DNA of 64,000 nucleotides from Minisyncoccota bacterium (GTDB lineage Bacteria; Patescibacteriota; Minisyncoccia; UBA6257; 02-FULL-45-10c): NCBI GenBank assembly GCA_028716745.1, contig JAQUPE010000001.1, positions 30,203 to 94,202 of the forward strand, read 5' to 3'. Shown piece by piece: positions 39,523 to 47,975 of this stretch (position 1 is its first letter; each line of letters starts with the position of its first letter). The notes under the pieces were generated by a model. It saw only the letters and a program-made list of their open reading frames with translations, ran no database searches and was not told where the DNA came from. The position numbers and the translations under genes were made by a program.

Positions 39523-39532
39523 GCTCCGAAAC

Positions 39533-39568
39533 AAAAAAACTACCCCCGTTAACGCGGGGGTTTTTATT
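39533..39568. terminator. bidirectional terminator between convergent asd and recR
   Basis: A-run, acccccg-ttaa-cgggggt hairpin, then T-run. Confidence 0.6.
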
Positions 39569-39602
39569 TATAGAAAAAACCAAATTTATAGTAAAAATAA
39601 AC

Positions 39603-39642
39603 CTGTATATTATATGATAATTGTAACATATACTATACAACT
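39603..39642. repeat. palindromic repeat copy 3 (tgtatattatat-gataattgtaac-atatactataca)
   Basis: same family as 28633 and 28727; followed by tatgggggtttt. Confidence 0.75.
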
Positions 39643-39672
39643 CAGGATTATGGGGGTTTTGTTAAAGTTTTG

Positions 39673-40281
39673 TTATATTCTTCTTTCTAAGGCGCTGCCC
39701 AATGTTTCTTCGTCAGCAAATTCTATTTCACCTCCGGTTGGGATGCCGCGTCCTAGGCGGGTAATCTTTTTGGTAAAGTCTTTTAATTCATTGGTTAGCA
39801 TTGAAGCATTTAAATCTCCGTAAGTATTCGGATTGGTGGCAATTATAATTTCGTCGGCTTTGCCTCCCAGTTCTTTTTGTATTAATTTTTTCAAAACGCC
39901 AAGGCGTAATTTTTGTTCGCTTTCAAGAGAGCCGGTTTTTTGAAGATCTCCAATAACTAAATATTTACCATTGTATTTTCTGGTTTTTTCCAAAGAGATT
40001 AAATCTGTTTCTTTTTCTACAATAGCAATAATATTTTTAAGTCTTTTAGGATCTCGGCATATGCTGCATAAATTTTCATTGGTTGGTCCGGAAAAATGGA
40101 TTGAAAAACAATTTTGGCAGGTTTTAACATCGGATAAAGCATCTATGCTATCCGCCAATTCTTTAATCCTGGCCTTGCCCAAGCCTATTATTTGATAAGC
40201 CAACCTCTGCGCTTGGCGGGGGCCGATAGAAGGGAGCTTGGAAAAAATCTCCGAGAAAATTTTGATTGGTTCTGGCAACAT
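39673..40281 (-). CDS. recR: recombination protein RecR
   Basis: HhH (SIGPRQAQRLAYQII), C4 zinc finger CQNC..CSIC, Toprim domain. Confidence 0.9.
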   Translation of the reverse strand: MLPEPIKIFSEIFSKLPSIGPRQAQRLAYQIIGLGKARIKELADSIDALSDVKTCQNCFSIHFSGPTNENLCSICRDPKRLKNIIAIVEKETDLISLEKTRKYNGKYLVIGDLQKTGSLESEQKLRLGVLKKLIQKELGGKADEIIIATNPNTYGDLNASMLTNELKDFTKKITRLGRGIPTGGEIEFADEETLGSALERRI

Positions 40282-40283
40282 GA

Positions 40284-41636
40284 TTATTGCTGCGGATCGC
40301 TATGCGCCCGGTCTATGTTTTTAAAGCTTACTTTTTCGGCGTCGAATTTTAATTGAATCATTCCGGTTGGGCCATTGCGGTGTTTGGCGATAATAATTTC
40401 GGCCGTATTTTGTTCTTCAAGAGACGGGCTGAGCTTATCGCGGTCTTTTCTATAGATAAACAAGACAACGTCTGCATCCTGTTCAATAGAGCCGGATTCG
40501 CGCAAATCGGATAATCTTGGTCTTTTAACTTCTCTTTGGTCTACTGCGCGGGAGAGCTGGGAAGCCGCTATTACAGGGACATTTAGCTCTCTGGCGAGGC
40601 TTTTAAGGCCCTTTGATATCTCGGTGACCTGTTGCACCACATTGTCGGAGTTAGTCCTTGGCTGGACCAATTGGAGATAGTCTACAACTATTAGGCTAAG
40701 ACCGTGTTCGGCCTGAAGCCTTCTGGCCATAGATCTCATTTGAAGAATATTCGGAGACGGGGTGTCGTCTATGAAAATAGGAGCTCTGGATAATTCATCA
40801 AGAGAGGCTTGTATCATTTCAAAATCTTCGTCGGTTTTTAATCTGCCGGTTCTTAATTCCCAAAGGGGGACTTGCGCCTCGGAAGCGATAAGCCTGTCTA
40901 TAACCTGGTCCTTAGACATTTCCAAAGAAAATATTCCAACCGGTTCTTTTTCTTTCACGGCTACGTGTCTGACTATATCCAGCAATAAAGAAGTTTTTCC
41001 AAGAGACGGCCTTGCGCCGATTACTACGAAGTCTGATCTTTGAAGTCCGGAAAGCAAATTGTCCAATTCTGTAAATCCTGTTTTAACTCCGCGCAAGCCT
41101 CCTTCGCCGCGATGAAGCTTTTCTATTCTTTCAAAGGCACTTTTGAGTTCGTCTTTGATTTTTGTAAACTTTTGCGGCATTGAGCGCTGAGAAATAGAAA
41201 AAACTTTTTGTTCTATCATATCCAAAAGAACATCCAGGTCTTCTGTGGTATTAAAAGCATTTTCGCTTATTTCCGATGAGGCGCTGATTAATTCGCGGAG
41301 GATCTTTTTTTCTTTTACCATCTTCGCATAATTTTGAACGTGCGAAGCGGAAGGAACAGATTCTACCAGCTGGGTCAGATAAGTTTTACCGCCGATTTCT
41401 TTTAGGGAATTCATTTCTTCCAATTCGGAAGTAAGGCTCAGCATGTCTATCGGTTCCTTTTTCTCATAAAGTTTTAAAATGGCTTCGTAAATTTTTGCGT
41501 GAGCGGGCTTATAAAAATCTTCTGCAGTTAAAGAATCTGCGATATTGATTATCGAATTTTTATCTATCATTAAGGCTCCGAGGACTGATTGCTCAGCCTC
41601 AACGTTTTGCGGAGGAAGTTTTATTTTAGTTGCCAT
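40284..41636 (-). CDS. dnaB: replicative DNA helicase DnaB
   Basis: Walker A GARPSLGKTSLLLD, DnaB N- and C-terminal domains; 450 aa. Confidence 0.92.
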   Translation of the reverse strand: MATKIKLPPQNVEAEQSVLGALMIDKNSIINIADSLTAEDFYKPAHAKIYEAILKLYEKKEPIDMLSLTSELEEMNSLKEIGGKTYLTQLVESVPSASHVQNYAKMVKEKKILRELISASSEISENAFNTTEDLDVLLDMIEQKVFSISQRSMPQKFTKIKDELKSAFERIEKLHRGEGGLRGVKTGFTELDNLLSGLQRSDFVVIGARPSLGKTSLLLDIVRHVAVKEKEPVGIFSLEMSKDQVIDRLIASEAQVPLWELRTGRLKTDEDFEMIQASLDELSRAPIFIDDTPSPNILQMRSMARRLQAEHGLSLIVVDYLQLVQPRTNSDNVVQQVTEISKGLKSLARELNVPVIAASQLSRAVDQREVKRPRLSDLRESGSIEQDADVVLFIYRKDRDKLSPSLEEQNTAEIIIAKHRNGPTGMIQLKFDAEKVSFKNIDRAHSDPQQ

Positions 41637-41647
41637 AATTTTAAAAA

Positions 41648-43060
41648 TTAAATCTTAGGAAGAACGAGAGTTCCGAGCGGCGTATCTTCTATAGAGTATC
41701 CTAATGCTTCTATCTTTTTTCTCAATAGGTCAGATTGAGCAAAGTGTTTATTATCCCTTAATAACTTTCTCCTCCATGCCAGGAACCTTATTTTAAGCGG
41801 AATTTGGGCCTTTTTAACGGTTATTTTGAGCAAGCCAAGCTTCTTTATTATCCAGCCAGATGCTTTCTTGGCGTCGTTTTTATTCAATTCGGAAAGATTA
41901 GAGTTAATTTCGTTCATAAGTTCAAAAATAGAAGCTATTGCCTTAGGCATATTTAAATCATCTTCCATGGCATCGGAAAAAGATTTTTCATATTTTTCTA
42001 TATCCAATTTAGGCGACTCGCCTTTTTTTGTTAAAGAAATTTTTGTCAAAAATTCGTTAATGCCGCTGATATTTTTTTGTGCTTCAATTGCAAGCTGCTC
42101 GGTGTAATTGATAGGCGAGCGATAATGATGGTTGGCGATAATGTAGCGGAGAATATTAGCGGGATATTTTTTAAGAAAATCGCTTATGGTAATAAAATTT
42201 CCCAAAGACTTGGACATTTTTTCTCCGTTTATTAAAAGTATTCCCGTGTGTATCCAAATTTTCACCATCGGATTTTTCCCGGAGGCGGATTCTTGCTGGG
42301 CTATTTCCGCTTCGTGGTGGGGGAATTTTAATTCTATAGCTCCGCCGTGGATTTCATATTGCGGGCCAAAATAATGTTCGGTTATGGCAGTATCTTCAAT
42401 GTGCCAGCCCGGGCGTCCCCAGCCAAGCTCAGTATTCCAAAGAGGCTCGCCTCCGATTACGGCAAAAGATTTTCCGCTTTGATCTTTTCCAATTTTAATT
42501 TTTGGAAATTTCCAAAGAGCAAAATCTCCTTTATTCTTTTTATTTATTCCTTCATCTATGCGCGAGGTTGCATCTTCGGCCTGCTCAGCCGTTCTTTTAG
42601 AAAGTTTTCCATATTCCGGAAAAGTAGAGATATTAAAATAATATCCTTCGTTTTCTATTTTATAGGCATTGCCTTTTTTAACGAGAGTTTGTATTTGTTT
42701 TATTATTTCGGCGATATGGTCGGTGGCGCGCGCATATTTTGAAACAGAATCTATACCCAAAGATTTTTCGTCTTCATGATATTCCTTTTCAAATCTTCTG
42801 GCTAAAGCAATCGGAGCAATGTTTGTTTCTGCGGCTCTTTTGATTATCTTATCGTCAACGTCGGTAATATTTTGAAGATAATTTACCGGTATTCCTTGGG
42901 ATTTTAAATAATGGACTATGGAATCAAAGGCAATAAAAGTCCGTGCGTGGCCAAGATGGGCGACGTCATAAACAGTCGGACCGCAGACAAAAAGCCTAAG
43001 CGGACGATTGTCTGGAAGATTTTCTTTTTGGCCGGAAAGGGAATTGAAGATTTTAATCAT
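41648..43060 (-). CDS. cysS: cysteine--tRNA ligase
   Basis: HIGH (HLGHARTF), KMSKS (KMSKSLGN), Zn-binding Cys. Confidence 0.92.
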   Translation of the reverse strand: MIKIFNSLSGQKENLPDNRPLRLFVCGPTVYDVAHLGHARTFIAFDSIVHYLKSQGIPVNYLQNITDVDDKIIKRAAETNIAPIALARRFEKEYHEDEKSLGIDSVSKYARATDHIAEIIKQIQTLVKKGNAYKIENEGYYFNISTFPEYGKLSKRTAEQAEDATSRIDEGINKKNKGDFALWKFPKIKIGKDQSGKSFAVIGGEPLWNTELGWGRPGWHIEDTAITEHYFGPQYEIHGGAIELKFPHHEAEIAQQESASGKNPMVKIWIHTGILLINGEKMSKSLGNFITISDFLKKYPANILRYIIANHHYRSPINYTEQLAIEAQKNISGINEFLTKISLTKKGESPKLDIEKYEKSFSDAMEDDLNMPKAIASIFELMNEINSNLSELNKNDAKKASGWIIKKLGLLKITVKKAQIPLKIRFLAWRRKLLRDNKHFAQSDLLRKKIEALGYSIEDTPLGTLVLPKI

Positions 43061-43176
43061 TAGTTAGATTTTACTATAAATCTCATGCCTTTTAAATACC
43101 CGAAAAACAATATGGAATAAATTAAAAACTCCGCCAGCAGGCGGAGTATCGCAATTTAAAAACGTTTCGCAAAGAT

Positions 43177-44085
43177 TTATACCCACCCCTTTTTTTTGAA
43201 TATCGCCATCATCAGTGCGGTAATGGATATAACTCCAAAAAATCCGATTAAAAAAGTCGTCGTATCATTTTGAACTAATTTTTCTATCGCTCCTACTGTA
43301 AAAAAAGACATGATCATCATTGATGGAACGGCCAAAAAGGCTAAGACCGAAAATCTTTTCATTATTGAGCTTGTTTTAGCATTTAACAATTGAGTATTGG
43401 TGGATTCCAGAGACTCAATTGTTTCCTTATAGTTTTCTACTTGTTGCGTGACCTTAAGATGGTCGCCGACCAAATCGGATAAATAAATGGTAATATCATT
43501 TCCCCAGAATTTAATTCCTGATTCTCTAAGGGAATGAAGAATAATTGATTGCGGGCGGCAGATAATTCCATAGTCCAAAATATCTCGTTTGGCATAGGAA
43601 ATTTTCTTTAATAATTCTTCCTCTTTTCCCATAAAGAGCTCTTTTGTAAGAATCATTACATTTTCTTCTATGTGCCTTAATTGGCGCATAGAAAAATTAA
43701 TAATTTCTTCCATTATTGTATGGATTAGGCGGCCGGTGTCTTCCATAATCAATTCGGCTAAATCGGCATTGCCGTTAAGATTTTTCATAAGATCGTTCAG
43801 GGGTTCAAGATTTTCATAATGAACGGTAATTATTGCATCTTTAGTAATCAAAAAATCTATCTCGGCTTTTCTGGAGGTTTTAAAAACCGGATCATATGTC
43901 GGCAAATGATAGGTTAAAAAAAGATAGCTGTCGTAGTTTTCCACGCGTGATCTGGCTGAAGGATGAATTAGCTCATCAAGAATAATTGGGTGAAATTTAT
44001 GTATTTTTTTGATGACCTCGATATCTTTTTTGCTTGGATTGGCAAAGTCGTACCAAGTGATGTTTTTATTTTTTACGGATTTCAT
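43177..44085 (-). CDS. CorA-superfamily divalent-cation transporter-like protein (no canonical GMN motif)
   Basis: Large cytoplasmic N-domain plus two C-terminal transmembrane helices ending FKKKGWV (CorA-like C-terminal basic tail). Confidence 0.45.
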   Translation of the reverse strand: MKSVKNKNITWYDFANPSKKDIEVIKKIHKFHPIILDELIHPSARSRVENYDSYLFLTYHLPTYDPVFKTSRKAEIDFLITKDAIITVHYENLEPLNDLMKNLNGNADLAELIMEDTGRLIHTIMEEIINFSMRQLRHIEENVMILTKELFMGKEEELLKKISYAKRDILDYGIICRPQSIILHSLRESGIKFWGNDITIYLSDLVGDHLKVTQQVENYKETIESLESTNTQLLNAKTSSIMKRFSVLAFLAVPSMMIMSFFTVGAIEKLVQNDTTTFLIGFFGVISITALMMAIFKKKGWV

Positions 44086-44271
44086 TTTTGTAAAAGTTAA
44101 TTGTATTTACCTTATTATAGCAAGTTGATTTTTTATAAGAAAGTGCGTAAAATAAAATAATTATTCTTTTCGTATTTGCCCCAATATTTACCCGTCTAGG
44201 GAGGGGCTCAATGGAGTAAGATAAAGCAGATTAGAAAATATAATTAAAGAAAGATTCGTAGGGTTTCTAAT

Positions 44272-44342
44272 GCCCCCATAGCTCAATGGTAGAGCAGTTG
44301 CCTTTTAAGCAATTAACCTAGGTTCGATTCCTAGTGGGGGTA
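44272..44342 (+). tRNA. tRNA-Lys (TTT)
   Basis: gccccca..gctcaatggtagagc..gttgc-ctTTTaa-gcaat..ctagg-ttcgatt-cctag-tgggggt-a. Confidence 0.75.
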
Positions 44343-44411
44343 CAAAATGGCTATTAGCTAAGAGAAGTTTGTTTTTTGCAAATTGAATAAGAAAATATAG
44401 GAGGTGATTGT

Positions 44412-44507
44412 ATGAACAAAGGCAGAAGCTTTGCTAGTGATGAAAGCGGATGCTGTGGTCACGGAGGCGTCGGGAGTGGAATAACGCCGAACATCAAAAG
44501 GGGGTGA
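44412..44507 (+). CDS. micro-ORF: 31-aa peptide MNKGRSFASDESGCCGHGGVGSGITPNIKRG
   Basis: Perfect SD ataggaggtgattgtATG; paralog of the 17-aa peptide at 44632 (shared M-x-K-x-R-x-[FY]-x-x-D-x-x-G-C-C-G). Confidence 0.4.
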   Translation: MNKGRSFASDESGCCGHGGVGSGITPNIKRG

Positions 44508-44631
44508 TCAAACTATCTGAAATATAAGGGAGGTGGTGTGATATATGTTTGTACCAGCGACTTAGGGTGTTTGAATCGGAATCATTCTCAAAAATTCTGA
44601 ATATCAATAAAGAAAGGAGGTGATTGATTAC

Positions 44632-44685
44632 ATGAAGAAGTCCAGAGGATATCACGATGACGGTGGAGGATGCTGCGGGCCCTAG
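44632..44685 (+). CDS. micro-ORF: 17-aa peptide MKKSRGYHDDGGGCCGP
   Basis: SD aaaggaggtgattgattacATG; paralogous to 44412. Confidence 0.4.
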   Translation: MKKSRGYHDDGGGCCGP

Positions 44686-44785
44686 GTCGAAAGACGAAAG
44701 GTCCTGAGAAGATCCGAATGAATCGAGGAGTTCCAATTTTTTGGAGGACGGGAATGCTCCTCCCGTCCTTCCGGAATTATACTTT

Positions 44786-44816
44786 GCCAGCCTTTACGAG
44801 GGCTGGCATTTTTTTA
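44786..44816 (+). terminator. rho-independent terminator
   Basis: gccagcc-tttacgag-ggctggc + T7. Confidence 0.6.
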
Positions 44817-44891
44817 TTTATTAATATAAGCTACAGAAATCTGTTTTTTGACTTTGTAATAATGAAATTATTCCGAGAGAGGAGGTGAAAT

Positions 44892-45533
44892 ATGGGTTCG
44901 GAAAGGCGCTGTTTATTGTGTAATGGCAAACTTGAGACAGGCGCAAAGGATTACGTTTGTTCCAAGTGCGGCCAGCGGTATGACATAACGGAGTATGTAG
45001 AAGCGAGCCTTGATGAAGAGGTAAAGAAAAATTACATCAGGGAGCTGAAGAAACAAAGAAAGGCCACGGAAGCAGAGGAGAAGAAAAAAGCGAAAGAAGG
45101 GATGGGTCAGCAGAAAGAAACGGAAAAAGTGGCGGAAAATAATCTGCCGGAAAAAAAGGAAAAGGAGGAAGTGAAAGTTATGGCAAAGAAAAAGGAAGTT
45201 TGCATAATCTGTGACGAGAAGAAGATCATAATAGCGAAGGGCTGCTGCGCTGCGGACTACACGCTGCTTAACAAAATGGGCGGCGATGTAGAAAAAGCCA
45301 AAGCGTACCGCCTGGAAAATCCCATCGGGAAGAAGGGACGCAAGGCGGTCAAGACGGCGGGAGAACAACATCCTCCGTTGCCGCCGCATCACTCCCATCC
45401 GCCCGCGCCGGAAACACCGCCTGCATTCTCGATCGTTGCCAGCGTTAAAACAATGACGGTCCAGGTGGAGTACAAGATGAACGTCGGGGAAGCGAAAATG
45501 GAAACAAAGATCCTCGGTGTGAAGATAGAGTAG
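44892..45533 (+). CDS. zinc-ribbon protein with Lys/Glu-rich linker and His/Pro-rich segment, hypothetical (higher G+C)
   Basis: CLLCNG..CSKCGQ N-terminal zinc ribbon; second Cys cluster VCIICDEKK..KGCCAAD; SD gagaggaggtgaaatATG. Confidence 0.5.
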   Translation: MGSERRCLLCNGKLETGAKDYVCSKCGQRYDITEYVEASLDEEVKKNYIRELKKQRKATEAEEKKKAKEGMGQQKETEKVAENNLPEKKEKEEVKVMAKKKEVCIICDEKKIIIAKGCCAADYTLLNKMGGDVEKAKAYRLENPIGKKGRKAVKTAGEQHPPLPPHHSHPPAPETPPAFSIVASVKTMTVQVEYKMNVGEAKMETKILGVKIE

Positions 45534-45624
45534 CAAGACAAGAAAGAAGCAAAGATGTTTGCAGCCCGTAAAACGGCTGCTTTTTTTATAATAAAAAACC
45601 AGCCTTTGTGGGCTGGGCGCCGAA

Positions 45625-46158
45625 TCATATCCATCCTTTCAGGAGGTAGAGGATTCTGGCGGGAACTTCTCTTGCGATGAAACGCGTTTTGCTTCTGGTC
45701 CAGGGCTGTATCGATTCCTTGTCGTAGGGAACTTGCTGGGTGAAGATGGGAGTAACTTTGAATCCCATTTTTTCAGCGGCCCATTGCACCCTGAGGTAAT
45801 GCTCGGGGTGAGCGACAATTATCGCTTTCTTGCCCACGTTTTTTTTCTTGCAGTATTCTTTTGCTTGGGCCAGGACTTCGCGAGTGTCCAGGTATTTGCC
45901 CCTTTCCCGGTGTTCTCTGATTATCTGCAGGTTTGGGAAGGATCCTAGCTGGTCTCCTATTTCCCATTGTGCGATGACCAGAGTTTTAGGCTTAAGGCAG
46001 CGTATGTCTTTTACTATTTTCACGAGCGCTTCGTTGCTTAGGCCGGGACCTCCATTGCGGAGTCCGAATGACTGGGCTATTACCACGTCTTCGCCGTTTA
46101 GCGGGGCGGGGTCTGCCCTCCAGTAAAAAAATAGCTTTACTAATTTGATCAGAAACAT
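45625..46158 (-). CDS. DUF218/YdcF/SanA-like fold protein, hypothetical (higher G+C)
   Basis: VVIAQSFGLRNGGPG ... KKAIIVAHPEHYLRVQWAAEKMGF resembles the DUF218 core pattern (GG...VTSxxHxxR); bidirectional terminator at 45596-45620. Confidence 0.35.
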   Translation of the reverse strand: MFLIKLVKLFFYWRADPAPLNGEDVVIAQSFGLRNGGPGLSNEALVKIVKDIRCLKPKTLVIAQWEIGDQLGSFPNLQIIREHRERGKYLDTREVLAQAKEYCKKKNVGKKAIIVAHPEHYLRVQWAAEKMGFKVTPIFTQQVPYDKESIQPWTRSKTRFIAREVPARILYLLKGWI

Positions 46159-46263
46159 AAGGTGTTTTCACCTCCCGTGTATGAAGTTGTAAAGCTTCGA
46201 TGAATATAAAATAATACAAATAAGGCGTTTTGTCAATAAAAGCCCCCTAAGCGGGGGATTTTA

Positions 46264-46884
46264 TTATTTAACTTCTCTTAAGGTTTTTTCTAAAACAGGA
46301 AGGATCATCTTGGCTATTAATTCATGTCCTTTTGCGTTTGGATGAATTTTATCAAAAAGAAGATCTTTTCTGAACATGACATAATCCAAAACGTTAGGAA
46401 CATAACCAGATAATTTTTCTTCCATAACTATGCGGGCAATGGACATCTCATATTGGGCATTTATTTTTTCACTTCCGCCAATAATAATTATTTTAGATCC
46501 TACTTCTTTTATTTTTTTCACAATAGTGCGCAAATTAGCATCAAAAACTTCAACACTGCGTCTCTCAAGAAAATCATTGCCTCCAAGTAAAATTATTACA
46601 ATGTCGGGGTTTTTATCCAAAACACCGGTTTGCAGGCGCATAAGCGCTTCGGAAGTGTTATCTCCTGTTTGTCCAGAATTAATTATTGGAATTCTGGTGT
46701 ATTCCGAAAGCAAAACAACAAAATTTTTATCCGGCGGATTAACTCCCAGCCCGGCTGTTACGCTGTCGCCGAAAGCCACAATTGTTACGTCGTGGTTATA
46801 TTCCGGTTTTGGCATTAATAAAAAGCTAGCCGCTAAAAGCATAATTAAAATAATGGCCAATAATTCTATTCCTTTAAATTTCAT
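46264..46884 (-). CDS. SGNH/GDSL-family hydrolase (lipase/esterase), secreted
   Basis: Block I VAFGDSVTAG, block III LLGGNDF, block V DKIHPNAKGH; N-terminal signal/transmembrane segment. Confidence 0.75.
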   Translation of the reverse strand: MKFKGIELLAIILIMLLAASFLLMPKPEYNHDVTIVAFGDSVTAGLGVNPPDKNFVVLLSEYTRIPIINSGQTGDNTSEALMRLQTGVLDKNPDIVIILLGGNDFLERRSVEVFDANLRTIVKKIKEVGSKIIIIGGSEKINAQYEMSIARIVMEEKLSGYVPNVLDYVMFRKDLLFDKIHPNAKGHELIAKMILPVLEKTLREVK

Positions 46885-47965
46885 TGGTTATATCTTCCAA
46901 TAATTTTTTAATTTTCGGGCTTATTTTTTTAGGAGTTTTAAGCTGAAAAGAAACATATAAATCTCCCTTGCCATAATTATTGAATCTCGGCATTCCTTCA
47001 TTCGGAATTTTTAATTTTTCATTCAAATTGAAATCTGTCGGTATTTCAACATTTAATTTTTCGCCGGAAACAGTCGGTATTTCAACTTTTTTACCAATCA
47101 ATACATTTATTAAATTTAATTCTTTTTTAATCAATAAATCATCGCCATGCCTTTGAAAAACATGGTGAGGTTTTACTTTTATTCTTACATAAAGATCTCC
47201 TGTGTCCGCGCCTCGTTCTCCTGCATCTCCTCCGCCGGGTATTTTAATTAATTGGCTGTCAGCTGTTCCCGGGGCGATAGAAACATCGGCAATTTTTTGT
47301 TTTTTAATTCTTCCTGTTCCGGAACATTCATTGCAGATTTTGTTGGGTATTTGGCCGGTGCCTTTGCATTTAGAGCAGGCTTTAATCTGAGAAAAGGCGC
47401 CAAAAAAACTATTTCTGGTTTCCCGTATTTCGCCGCGCCCGTCGCAGTTGGAGCATTTAATTACTCCTTCTTTTTCAAAATATCCTTTGCTTCCGCATTT
47501 AGAACAGTCTTCAAAAGAATCATAATGTATTTTTTTCTTTATTCCGCTAAAAGCTTCTTCCAGGGATATTTCCTGGATATATTCCAAATCGGCTCCTCGC
47601 TGATAAGCCCGCCTTTTTTTCTTTACCCCCAAGCCTTCAAAAAACATATCAAAAATATCGCTCATGTCGGAAGCGCCTCCAAAATTATTTGCATCAAAAT
47701 TAAAATCAAAACCGAACGGATTTTGCCCGCCCTGGGCTCCGCCAAAAGGGGAGGATCCGTCAAATGTCTGGCCAAAACGGTCGTATTGGGAACGTTTTTC
47801 CTTATTAGACAGAATCTGGTAAGCCTCGTTTATTTCTTTGAATTTCTGTTCGTTTCCGCCGGCTTTGTCAGGATGGTGCTTGTGCGCCAGTTTTCTGTAT
47901 GCGTCTTTAATTTGATCCTGGGAAGCGGATTGCTCCACTCCAAGAACTTTATAATAATCTTTCAT
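46874..47965 (-). CDS. dnaJ: molecular chaperone DnaJ
   Basis: J-domain with HPDK, G/F region, four CxxCxGxG zinc repeats. Confidence 0.93.
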   Translation of the reverse strand: MKDYYKVLGVEQSASQDQIKDAYRKLAHKHHPDKAGGNEQKFKEINEAYQILSNKEKRSQYDRFGQTFDGSSPFGGAQGGQNPFGFDFNFDANNFGGASDMSDIFDMFFEGLGVKKKRRAYQRGADLEYIQEISLEEAFSGIKKKIHYDSFEDCSKCGSKGYFEKEGVIKCSNCDGRGEIRETRNSFFGAFSQIKACSKCKGTGQIPNKICNECSGTGRIKKQKIADVSIAPGTADSQLIKIPGGGDAGERGADTGDLYVRIKVKPHHVFQRHGDDLLIKKELNLINVLIGKKVEIPTVSGEKLNVEIPTDFNLNEKLKIPNEGMPRFNNYGKGDLYVSFQLKTPKKISPKIKKLLEDITNEI

Positions 47966-47975
47966 AAATTAGGGT

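Noticed and set aside
44545-44565. 6-codon ORF (MFVPAT) with a strong SD between the two CCG peptides
   Set aside because: Too short to call as a gene. Noted as part of the repeated SD-ORF architecture (possibly regulatory), but not reported as a separate feature.
44670-44888. 72-aa ORF spanning the region downstream of the second peptide
   Set aside because: Reads through two obvious hairpins including the intrinsic terminator at 44786-44816; has no SD.
45733-46219. Plus-strand ORFs 45733..45948, 45830..46126 and minus 45773..45967, 45992..46219 from the six-frame track
   Set aside because: All overlap the better-supported minus-strand DUF218-like gene 45625..46158 or its leader in a high-G+C segment where long spurious ORFs are expected. 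No SD or start context.
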